Origin: Collodictyon triciliatum
Taxonomy: Eukaryota
DNA: 35,708 nucleotides
NCBI GenBank assembly: GCA_043381765.1
Contig: JBHJMP010001012.1
Coordinates: 1 to 35,708 of the forward strand
Reading direction: 5' to 3'
Notes under the pieces: model-generated
The model's input: the letters and a program-made list of their open reading frames with translations, nothing else
Told to the model about the DNA's origin: nothing
The model's database searches: none
Made by a program: the position numbers and the translations under genes
Part shown: in pieces, positions 1 to 11,287 of the stretch
Layout: each line of letters opens with the position of its first letter
How positions within the stretch are numbered: the stretch's first letter is position 1

Positions 1-67
1 ACTCGACTCATTCGTCTCCGGTTTCCTCAGACAGCGTCACAACCACTTTCCGTCCCCCTCCGCCGCC

Positions 68-3000
68 ATGGCTGATCGCGCCGCCCGTCTCGAAGAGCTG
101 CGAGAAATCGTCGGTGACAGCAGCATCGCGGAGCTCGAAAAACGCACAGCGCTGAAACTCAATAACAAAAAACTGACTTCTGTGCCGCCCGGTGTCTGGG
201 ATCTGCCAGGCTTGGTGAAGTTGTGGCTCGGTGTAAATCAGCTTTCGTCGCTGCCGCCGGCAATATCGCGGTTGACGGGACTCGAGTACCTTAATGTTGG
301 TAACAATCAGTTTTCGTTGCTGCCGCCGGAAATATCGCAGTTGACTGGAATCGAGAGACTTTGGGTTGCTGAGAATCAGCTTTCGTCGCTGCCGCCGGAA
401 ATATCGCGGTTGACGGGACTCGAGTCTCTTGATGTTTTTGTCAATCAGCTTTCGTCGCTGCCACCGGAAATATCGCAGTTGACAGGACTCACGGAGCTTT
501 ATGTTCACAACAACCAGCTTTCGTCGCTGCCACCGGAAATATGGCGGTTGACGGGACTCACGTACCTTGATGTTCACAACAACCCTGTAAGTGTTTTGTT
601 GTTTTTGTTTTATTAAAGAAAAGTGACTAACGATGTGCGCAGATCGAGGAGCTTCCACCACAAATCACGGCACTCACGAATCTGAAGTATCTCTACATCG
701 AGTCTGGAGGCGAAATAAGCATCAAACGTGCACCGCGTGGAATCACGAACCTGCCGTGCTGGAACGAAGGCGCAGATTACAAGCATATCCGAAAGCTGCA
801 GCTATATAGGGGGGGACCGGTAAGGCAGCAAACTGGTATTCAAAAAATGTAATCCTTATAAACAAATATTCCCACGCTTAAAAAATAAATAAATATATTA
901 TCAGAACGAACACGAGATTCTGACACCAGGATGGACTCCGAGCCAGCACCAGATCAATACGTGGACTGCGCTAGACTTCAGCGGAATGAAGCTGTCTGTG
1001 ATACCCGAGTCCATTTCGCGTCTCACCAACCTCCGCGAGCTCAGCGTATTCGACAACCCTGTAAGCACACACGTTTGATTGCTTGCCTATTTCTGTTACT
1101 CACTTCTTGTCTATCCACAGAAGTAGCATTAAAAAAATAGTAGAGGAAAAGGAGAGTATGCCGAACATATTTTCATTTACGGTAGTGTCTTTATTTATTT
1201 CTCCTTCTCACATCAAACTAAAATACCGCAGATAAACGAGATTCCGCCATGGATTGAAAACCTCGCCGATTGCCTTGTTACGCTGCACATCGAAGACCCC
1301 AAAGCACTGTTCTTTTCTGGCCGCACCATCAGCAGGGCACCCAAGAGGCTGAAAACCATGAAGTGCTGGAAGCGCGAGTGGGAGAAGAAACTTCATCTCT
1401 ATCAAACAGTAAGTCAAGCAAAAAGCCCATTATTTTCTGATTTTGCCACTGACACTAATTGGTTCGTAAGGTGGAAGAGGCGCGTAAAGAAGAAGAGGCA
1501 CGCAAAGCTGAAGAGGCTCGCAAAGCGGAAGAAGCACGTAAGGCGGAAGAAGCTCGCAAGGCGGAAGAAGCTCGTAAGGCGGAAGAAGCTCGTAAAGCGG
1601 AAGAAGCTCGTAAAGCGGAAGAAGCTCGTAAAGCGGAAGAAGCACGCAAGGCGGAAGAAGCACGTAAAGCGGAAGAGACACGTAAAGCGGAAGAGACACG
1701 TAAAGCTGAAGAGACACGTAAAGCTGAAGAAGCTCGCAAGGCGGAAGAAGCACGTAAAGCGGAAGAGACACGCAAAGCTGAAGAGGAAGCCAAGAAAAAA
1801 AGCTTGCTACTCATCGACCCGAATAGCCCAATCGCAAGGTACCAGCTTCCAGAAGCCGCCACAATAGGAACCAAGATACTTGGAAAGGGAGGCCAAGGAG
1901 AAGTGTTTGAGGGACAGTACCTCCGCAACCCAGTAGCCGTCAAGAAAATCGACACCACCAAGAAGAACGATGCCATCCAGGAGGTTCTGCTCACCAAGAA
2001 GGTCACACACAAGAATATAATTGATATCATCGGAGTGTTTATCAACCCCGACAATTGCTTCTGCATCGTCATGCCGCTGGCCTCTGATTCCCTAAAAGGG
2101 TACATCGAAAGGAACGGCCGAATCACCCCAAAACAGACACTGACTTTCGCCCAGCAAATCTGCGACGCCTTAGCCTTCTGTATATCCGCCACACCCAAGG
2201 AGCCGCTCCACCACTGCGACTTGAAGACAGAGAACATCCTCATCGTCGACGGCGTCGTCAAGGTGGCTGACTTCGGATTAGCCATCACGCGAACAAAGAC
2301 CGGCATGTCCTCAGTTCCTAATGCCACCAAGTTTGTTCCCGAAGACCAGGCAACAGGCGGGACGGAGCGCTGGCAAGGCCCCGAAATCTTTGACGAAGTC
2401 TGCAAGAGTGAGCACCGAGTTACCGAGGGAACAGAAAATGTCGGATTCCGCGGTGAACGCAGTGATGTCTACGCATTTGGCCTGATTGTGTGGTCGATGG
2501 CGATGGGAGAATACCCTTTTGCTAGAATATTCCCAGGCGATATCTCCCACCGTATCATCAAGGGCCAACGACCAGACATTTCTGTGGATATTCCCCCCGC
2601 CATCCGACACCTGATTCGTACGTGCTGGGGCCAGAACTACAAGAACCGACCCAAGTTCTCGAAGATTAAGGAATACATCACCCTTGTGACCGAGAATTCT
2701 CAGACCACAATCGCTGATATAGAAACCCATCTGCCGCTTACATACCCGCCCATCAAGGAGATGTACTACGGGGAGTTGTACGAGTACCTGACCGATAAAG
2801 GTATCTCGAAGGAAGAAGCTTGGAAGCTGACGCAGAGGCGAGTAAACGGAGACACGATTCTGAACAAGTCGGCTGAAGATTTGGCGCAAGACTATGAGGT
2901 CGCCAGTCTCATCGCTCAGCTAATCGTCACTTTGGTAAGAGGCGGGGCACAAGTGAGCTTCCCTTCATCTATAACCTCGCCTCGAAGTGCTCCCGGACCT

Positions 3001-3237
3001 GCCGTGGGTGCAAAGGGCAAGCCAGTCAAGGATATGAACACTGCCGAGCTGGTCGCGTACCTGGAAGAGAAGAAAGTCTTGCGCAAATTTATTGAAACAG
3101 TCCGGACACAATCCAAGATACCGGGAAAAACGTTCGTAGTCCTCGATGTGGATGATTTGACAAGTCACCCCTACGAGCTGAGGGATGACCAAGCTGAAAT
3201 CATCCTCAAGCTCATCGACGAGGCCAAACGTATATAA
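68..3237 (+). CDS. LRR - (AEEARK)n helical linker - TKL-type non-RD protein kinase - 2x SAM-like domains; 5 exons, about 931 aa
   Basis: Exons 68-586, 643-819, 905-1060, 1232-1408 and 1471-3237 join in frame through four phase-0 GT-AG introns (donors GTAAGT/GTAAGG/GTAAGC/GTAAGT; GACTAAC branch site in intron 1). 23-aa LRRs (LxxLxVxxNQLSSLPPEISxLTG). Kinase motifs GKGGQGEV, VAVKK, HCDLKTEN, DFG, WQGPE, SDVYAFG, RP. Two C-terminal 65-70 aa repeats with a SAM-like pattern. Confidence 0.92.
236..580 (+). repeat. Five tandem 69-nt LRR-coding units
   Basis: Units start at 236, 305, 374, 443 and 512 with a near-identical core, aatcagctttcgtcgctgccgccggaaatatcgcggttgacgggactc. Confidence 0.95.
1471..1776 (+). 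repeat. 17 x 18-nt coding minisatellite encoding (AEEARK/AEETRK)
   Basis: gcggaagaagctcgtaaa-type units read directly; 306 nt = 17 units, starting at the first base of exon 5. Confidence 0.95.
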
Positions 3238-3854
3238 ATCCTTCTTTTTTTTTTCTCCATCCGGGTTTTTTCAGCACTTTGCTTTTTCCCGGCCATAAAA
3301 ATGAATCCACTTTCGCCCTGCTCCCACCCAAGACAAGTCAGAATAAAGAAATTTTAAAAAAAAAATACGAAGAGATGATGGCTGCAAATTGTGATGCAAT
3401 GTTTTGAGAGTTTAGTCGGCCTTGAAAGTTGAATGTGTCTGCATCACGCCCTCTGCAAGTGAAGAACTGAAAAGAAAAAAAAAGCCATGATTCTGCGTAT
3501 TTTTTTCCCGCTGCCGTGCAAATTGCAGTTTTTCATCGCAAAATATGTGTTCAAGTAAGACAATAAACATGTTTTTCTTTATTCAGTGAGTGTACAGTGA
3601 GCATTTATCTGCGATGCGAGCTAAACATTTCCTTCATTACAGTAGTATGGTGCAGTCCAAGCAGCAGTCTTCATATACATTTTTCATTTATAACTTACTT
3701 TTCAAAAGAATAAAAATTATCTTTCAAAAATTTTATTTATGAAAAACTTTTTTTTTATTCTTCCTTTCAACTTTTGTGCAGGACCGAGGGTTATTTATGA
3801 AAAACATGATAAGTTTGGAAAACAAACCGGACAATATACATTTTTTTTCAATTT

Positions 3855-6800
3855 TCAAGTAATCGTGCCTTTTCGCCGTTTTGCTGCCTTACTTATGACA
3901 AAAGTTTGTTCCGAACGAATGAAAGGTAACGCGATGATGTTTTAACATCATATTAACATAACCATTCATTTAATTGTGGCTGAATCTCTCCTCCTATGTG
4001 TTCACCATGAGCCGGTCTTTCTTGCGATATGTTGTTCGAACTGAGTGAGGCGCAAAAAATGGAAAAGCTGATTCATCTCTGCATCAAAATATTCTGCGGA
4101 TTAATTCCAATTATGTATTCTAATTTTGGCAAATATTTTATTAATTATATAAATAAATCATTTATTGAGAAAATAACATTTATATGATATAATTAATGTA
4201 TTATACATATTATATTCAATAAATTACAGTATTAAGATTGGAAAATGTAAGATGCCTTGTGCCCTCACCTATGAATACTATTCCTATCATGGGCTCTAAT
4301 GTAAACTCACCTCTTTCGATTTTCAAAAATGGAATATAAATAATTTAAACTATTTTAACATATATTAAAATGATTTTATCATTATACTTTGCTTCAGATT
4401 TACCTAGATGTATTCCTATACAATATTTAATGACTATTACAGCCGTAAGTACATAATTACGAGTTAGACACAATTTTGACACCAAAATATGAGAAACTCT
4501 AAACCAATTGTTTCCTTATCCGCTTTCTTTTGGGACAAATTAGTCAATTTTCTTTGAATAAAAATATATGGTATATTCAAGCGCTAGTCGAAAGGGGCAA
4601 AGATAATAAAATACAAAATGAAAATCAAACCCCATGTAAAGAAAAGCCAAATGAACATATAGGAAGCACCCACACATCTCAATTCAAACCTAAGCCATCA
4701 ATGAGAAGGAAATGTCTCATGTCTGGAGAGGTTGACTTGAGCAAAATGTTTTTTTTTTCCAAAAAAAATAAAAATCAAATGTAGAAGCGAGGTTTGGAAA
4801 TGCGCTTCATTCATTTTTTTCAATTGAAATAGTTATCAAAAAAATAACCCATCAGAACGCTCCTTCAATTAGTCAATTCCTCGAGATACAGTTAATAGAC
4901 TTGATAGCAAATAATATGCAATATAATACAAAGAAAGCGCATATTTTTTTGAAGCGGACTTAATAAAAGATGAGTTTTCTAAAATGTTAAGATAATTGCG
5001 AACCACAGCTAGGTGTGCATCAATTAAAAAAATTTGAAAGACTATTCAAATAAAATTTTATGTATGAGATAAGAAACACAGAGGATTTCTAAATATATTC
5101 GAAAAAGGGCTCTTTATTATAAAAAAAAATTGATTACTACACACTATCACTAATTTTTTTCTTCCAAAACATAAACCAACCAACATGTATACAATGAACG
5201 AAATCATGTACAGTGCTTTTATGCCCGTTACATTGTGAATTACCGAGAGAAAGTACTAGCATATAAATAAATAAAAGACGGGATTTTAGTGTCATAGTAA
5301 GAAAATACAGAAATAATAAGGTTTTTGGTAAGTGCAGTAAATAGAACTTAAATCATACAATCTTAATTCTGTGGATTCGAAACGTCAATAATAGCAAGCA
5401 ATTTCATTTTTAATAAACTCAAACGTGAAATTTATGGACTCTCTTAAATTCTGCGTAATACAACACTAAAATGACTGATCAGCGCTTTATAGAAACATGT
5501 CATCCAATCAAACAATAGTCAAATAAGACATTCAAATCTAGGAATTATCCAACAATAAAACAATATTTCATTTTTCTCTTATCAATCTGACAAGCACATG
5601 TGATTAAAATAAGAACAATTGTCATATTTTACTTTTTATACAGATGAAAAAAAAAGAAGAGTATAAACCAGACTGAAAGGTTTGTAAACGGAGATTTGTC
5701 CAAATGTCAGTTCGAAATATGTATCCAATTTTCACCTAAGGAAAAAAATCAAGATGTCTAGATTACTGTCAATATAACTAAGCGGGATGAATGCCATTTT
5801 TTTTGAATCTTCAATAAAAATAAAACAAAGACTCAATAATTGAAAAACACATTCTTTTGCTAAAAACAATGAAAAATTTACCAAAAAATCTTGTTAATTA
5901 TATGAGTAGCAACCAATTTGAATCCCTATAGGTATGTATCTCATTTTATATAATACTTTCGTTTTGAGTTTTCATTTTCAATCTCGAAATCATAAAATTA
6001 CTTCCTAATAAAGTGTTCAGGTGAAATACTCTCGATGAAAACGCTGCTTATTTTTGTAAGCTTTAGTAATACTCTAAATACCATTTTTTTCAATCAAAAT
6101 CCATTTTATGTTTATTTTTTTTATTGTGATATGCTCAATTTTGATTTTAATAAATAGAATCTTTTATTATGTGTTGAAACAGACTTGAAAAAATGGAGTT
6201 GATGGATTGTGGCAATTCAGTTGCACCGTTCATTTAATATTATTATATATTAGCTGATTTTGTTCTGTAATTTGTAAGCAGCTTATTTCGGTATTCACTT
6301 AATTTTTACTTCTCTTAAATTTATCTCTCCTTTTAGTAAAACAAATAAAGGATAAAAAAATCCCTCCTTGTAGTAGAGTCTGTCACTTTAACGGAAGTCA
6401 TGGTATTTGATGTGATTTTTTCAATTTTCTTGATTTTTTGGACCAGCAAGTCGAATGAAACTAATTTTATGAACATGATACTTTATTCACTCAGTGATCA
6501 CCAGACAAAAAAAAGTTTATATGTTTTTTTTTAAAATTCAGTATAGGAAGAAGATTTTTTAAAAATACTTTGTTAACAAATGAATAATTTTCACAATATT
6601 TGGTGTAATTTCAAAAAAATGTGAGAATATAATTCAAATTGGAGCGGAATGCAAAGTATACTACTGTAAAATCTCTTCAAATTACCTGTTAGGCTCTTGC
6701 ATTTTTCCCTTTATTCGCTTCAAGAATAAGGCTGTTAGCCTCTTGCATTTATTATTTGAATTCAATCAGCTCAATAAAAACTTCTTTAAACGAAATAAAA

Positions 6801-9800
6801 AAATTTTAAAAAACCGTCACACTGAAAATATAGCATATATTTATTGAACACGTGTTAGGCAATAAATAGCAATACCGAAACAAAAGCACCTCAAAAGAAG
6901 CAGGCATCTAGGCAAAGGCAGATTCATCATAGAATAAGTAAATCTGTAACCACATACCTCATAAAAAGGATTCTTTATCTCAAAAGGGATAATCCATCCT
7001 AAAGGCACCAAAAAATTACGTAAAAATGATAATGTCAATTCAGAGGCTAATACAACATATAGCAAGGTATAGAGAAATTAAAAAACAAATAATTATCACA
7101 TAACCATCCTTCATTGTTTACTAGAGCTCAATTCAATTATTATCCACTAAACATTAAGAATGAGGTTGAAAAATAGAAAGTGATAGTTATTAAATATTAA
7201 AATTTTCAAATAATCATTAAATGCTTTTTATTCAGTAAGGCCATTTCATGAAACAATGAAATCCCATTTATCTACATTTTTTGAATTTTCCAAAAAATGA
7301 CACACTGGACTAATGAATTATTTATCCAGATTTTTATGAAAGAGAGCAAAAAATTACTGTATGCTATATTGAGTCATTTTGTCATCAAGATAGATAAACT
7401 TCAAAATATTCGATAATACCTCACTATTCACACAGTTTTCCCCTTAATTCGTTTCAATGTCCTCAATATTCATACAATTATTATGTAACACATCATAAAA
7501 CGCGCAATCTAAGTGATATAAAATATATAAAATAGTTTTTATCAAGGGGAGTGGCATGTTCCTTATCCTAATATCGATTTCTATAAAGTTTACCTTTTAA
7601 AATAGAAATAGTTGATGCTTACAAAAATTTTGAAGAAAACGTTTTGTGCAAATGGGCAGACAACTCTTAATTGCTTCGAATTCATGATATTTTCATTTAT
7701 TTATTCAAATGCTCAAAATTGATTTTTTTTATTAGCATGGTCGGTATTGTGACTATCTTGTGATAATAGGATTCTAGAAACACACATACATGTAATTTTT
7801 TTTTGTTAAATTCAGTTAAATTAACACTTGATTTCAAGTTCCATTAAAAAACGTAGTTTCGTCAAACCAATATGAGTGGTATTTAAACGCAAAAATACTG
7901 TTATAAATTGTAGGTGTTTATGAAACTACATAATGTTTTAATTTTTCTAAAACCTACAAAAAGTAAAATTTTACATTTTTTTCACTTTATTCATCTCAGA
8001 ATATTTTGTATTTACCGACGGATAAATTATTGATTTATACATAGCGGAAACAAAGCAATTTCATTTAGTGAAGTTCATATTTATTGCTATCAGGGATAGT
8101 GACGCCATCTTATGACTTTTAAATATGATTCATGAATCTTTATCCTAATATTGACTTTTGTGAAATCAAATTAAATGCATATGTATACGTAAAAAAAGGA
8201 TTCATGACATTTAACCCTTTATATATTGAAAACATATAATATTTCATCTTCATTATTATGACACTGGTCTTTTATTTTATAGAAAAGTGCGATAGATGAT
8301 TTTTTCATATGACTGAGAATTTTTATAAAATTTTCCCCTTTAAACATAGTTTACTCTGCTTTATAGGTAAATAGGAGCAATTATGTGAGATAGGAATTAA
8401 AATGGATGTTATAGCGATTTTAGGTATAAATGGCTTTGGTGAAAAAAAATGTATTTAAATCGTTTCATCACACAGGCTTTCACCTTGAATCTTTTTTCCT
8501 CTTCAATTTTTGCACACCAAAAAGAAAGTTTAAACAACTAATATCTACCTTTTTATGTTAAATCTACATTCGTTGCATAATTTTGTCAGATATATTTTAA
8601 TCAGATATAAATCATTCTTAAATTACATTTATTGAAAAATTTCAGAAATCATTATCCATGTTCATGCAATCAGGAAAAAAAATGACATATTAAAATAATC
8701 AATATCATCTACTGAAAAAAATAAAGTGTTAGTAATAAACATGCTTTTATCACCATTAATAATAAACTACATCCAAATATCTTTAAATTATTTCGCCCTT
8801 ATTTACTTTCACTTCATTATCAAATAATATTTATATATTAAACAGATTGAAACACAGCTCAAATGCGTCTCTCCCATATATAATTATAAACTCGCGATAA
8901 AACTCACTGGAAGATATAATCTTTTTATTTCGTACCTTCCCATAATTTTTGAATACGATATATCCGAAAAATAAAGTGATATCAATCCATATTTCCATTT
9001 ATCTATGTATTTTAATGTATGAAATATGTTACATTGATTTTTCCTCATGCTAGTACTATTATTCTGTTCAAGAAAATTGACAATTGGCGCATAAGAATAC
9101 CTTTCAATCGTCCATTAAATCTGTAACTCGTTCTGAATTTTGCTCTGAACCTCGCTTCCATAAATAAATAATGAAAATACTGGGCTATAATGTCCTTCCC
9201 CTCCTATCATCTTTAATTAAACGATTGGGCTACAACAACTGTATGATAAATCCAATTTTCAATGCAAAAAGTGGTCTAGTGAATTGAAGATGATAATATT
9301 TATTGATATACTATGCGTAATATATAATTCATAATTATTAAAACATAAGACACTTGTAAATTACCATATATGTCACCAGACAAGTATTCTTATTTTCGCG
9401 GCTAATATTATGCACTGCATAGCTCACTCACCTTTCCTACTAACTATTCATACCTCGTTATATAAGCAGTTATAAAAATATGAAATCCATTCATCACGAT
9501 ACCATGTATCTAACATCCAATCACCCTGTTCTTGAAACGAATAAAGGAAGAAAAAAACAACCGATTACCCTGCAATATCTTTCATTTTTCTCCATGCAAT
9601 TCTGTGTATGTCCTAACCACCGACACAAACAAAAACAACTCCGCTATCGCTTTCCTATCAGCCCTCCTCATCGCACAGAACAAGCTTCGTTGCAAATTCA
9701 ACGCGCTCCCTTTCAGCCTTCTTCGCTGTCCATATAGACACGAGTCTTTGTCCTTATAATAGCAACGACATGTATTCGCCATTGCATATTAATGCGCATG

Positions 9801-11154
9801 CGAGAAGTCCTCCAGCCATATCCAGTCATACTTGCGCGATATCATTATTCATAATAAAAACTTGAAGACACGTAAGGTTTTTGGTGCAGGACTTCTACAC
9901 CAATACACTAATATTTATCGTAATCATAATATTGCTTATATCGCCGCATCGCTTTTTTCCTTTTGCCTTCACTTTTTCCATATATGGTCGTCACCATTTG
10001 TCCCTATAATAACACCCCAACTACCTATACGCCCACCACCGCTTTCTTTATCGCTTACCTACCCTCACAAAAAGAAAAAAGAATCTGTCCAAACTACCTA
10101 CCTTGCTCAGGTACCATACCTTTGGCCCCATCTAATACCACATAAGGCCCATCTATGCCATATCCGGCCTTTCCACAACACATACGGCCCCAACCCTAGC
10201 CCTAGCCCTGACTCTAACCCTAGCTCTGACCCTATAAGGCACAGGCACAGGCCATGATTCATACTATATTGGGTGCCCCTGAATAACAAACAAACAACAG
10301 AATATAATTCATGAGTAATTGCGCCTTCGATCTTGATTGAATGAGATAAGATCTTTTAGTTCGCACATGTGCAGTTTAGCATTTCTTTTCGAACAATTTG
10401 TATTGAATATCATTTATTAAGAAAATTGTGGCATTGATTTAATCGCTAAATTGTAAGCTGAAGTTGGGATTCATTTTTTTTTTATTTAGAGGATTAGGTT
10501 AAATCTACCAACAAATAATTTCATTATTTTAATTTCTAGATGAATATTATTTTACCGCCTTTGTAAGATTTTTTTGGTAAATTAGTTACGTATAAATATT
10601 TTTGTCGAATACAAGATATGACCTTGTGAGTGAAACCAGATTTTGGTGCTAGATAAAGCAGCTTAATATATGTATCGACACTAAATCTTTTTGAAAAATA
10701 ACCAGTTGTATGCTTGCTTCGTTACTGAAAAGAACTAATATTTCTCTTTCAGAATGGCGGTGCATGCTACATGCTGAAAAAAATATATATTGAGCTGAAA
10801 ATGAATAGGGCTTTTAAAATTTCTCTTAGGCTTCTTGTGCCTGACGAAAAAAATGCAAACCGTAACCTATCGAGGGTTTTGCAAGTTGCAGCCAGTTCTT
10901 CTGGTTGCAACACTGGTGCGGAAAACTACGAATAACACGCAAATCCAGGAAGATCCGTGCAAGGAAGCCACTTGTAAGCCCGCCTTAGCGAGCATTATTT
11001 TTGCACAGTGTTAAGCAAGTCCTTTACAACAAGAACAAGGCCCGCAGGCTCACAGATGCACTCGCCTTCTTGAAAGCGAACAAACTTTGGGAGGAATCGA
11101 TGCAATTGTGCTTACCGGCCAGTGAAGGCCTTTGCCTGATCGCTTATTCCTCAT
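3855..11154 (-). CDS. Putative cryptic multi-micro-exon gene of unknown function (possibly BTB-like segments); middle and 3' end only partly resolved
   Basis: Seven consecutive GT-AG-bounded exons (11154-11116, 10925-10867, 10766-10703, 10648-10623, 10278-10265, 9530-9454, 9388-9365) splice phase-consistently into MRNKRSGKGLHWPFSAPVLQPEELAATCKTLDSMHRHSEREILVLFSNEASIQLHQNLVSLTRGTQYKQGDWMLDTWYRDEWISYFYNCLYNENTCLVTYM. Further open AG..GT exons at 9002-8936, 8433-8355, 6998-6958, 6731-6686, 4040-3963, and a possible last exon 3891-3855 (KAAKRRKGTIT*). Confidence 0.55.
10192..10233. repeat. Degenerate telomere-like hexamer array, 7 units related to (TTAGGG)n
   Basis: aaccct agccct agccct gactct aaccct agctct gaccct, read directly. 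Confidence 0.7.
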
Positions 11155-11188
11155 GTTTTTTCCAGTTTTTTCCAGTTTTTTGTATTCT

Positions 11189-11287
11189 TGTTTTTGTTTT
11201 TTGTTTTTTGTTTTGTTTCGTTTTGTTTTTGTTTTTGTTTTTGTTTTTGTTTTTTGTTTTTTGTTTTTGTTTTTGTTTTTGTTTTTG
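11189..11287. repeat. (TTTTTG)n-type simple repeat in the divergent intergenic region
   Basis: Directly visible; source of the spurious Phe/Cys/Val- and Lys/Thr-rich ORFs. Confidence 0.9.

Noticed and set aside
236-1776. Regular repeats that could be mistaken for a CRISPR array
   Set aside because: They are in-frame coding tandem repeats without unique spacers, the context is eukaryotic, and no cas genes are present.
8-2405. Long antisense and alternate-frame ORFs (8-661, 1358-1867, 1430-1771, 1455-2405)
   Set aside because: They are shadows of the LRR and AEEARK repeats and kinase of the real + strand gene.
3240-11000. AT-rich region as an organellar or viral insertion, or alternative-code coding DNA
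   Set aside because: No recognisable organellar or viral genes in the stretches I translated, neighbouring genes stop at TAA/TAG, and spliced micro-exons explain the region better.
10623-11154. Kinase N-lobe resemblance in the cryptic gene (GKG...CKTL...FSNEASI..HQNLVSL)
   Set aside because: The Glu-to-His spacing is too short and no HRD/DFG/APE-like exon was found downstream; probably coincidental.
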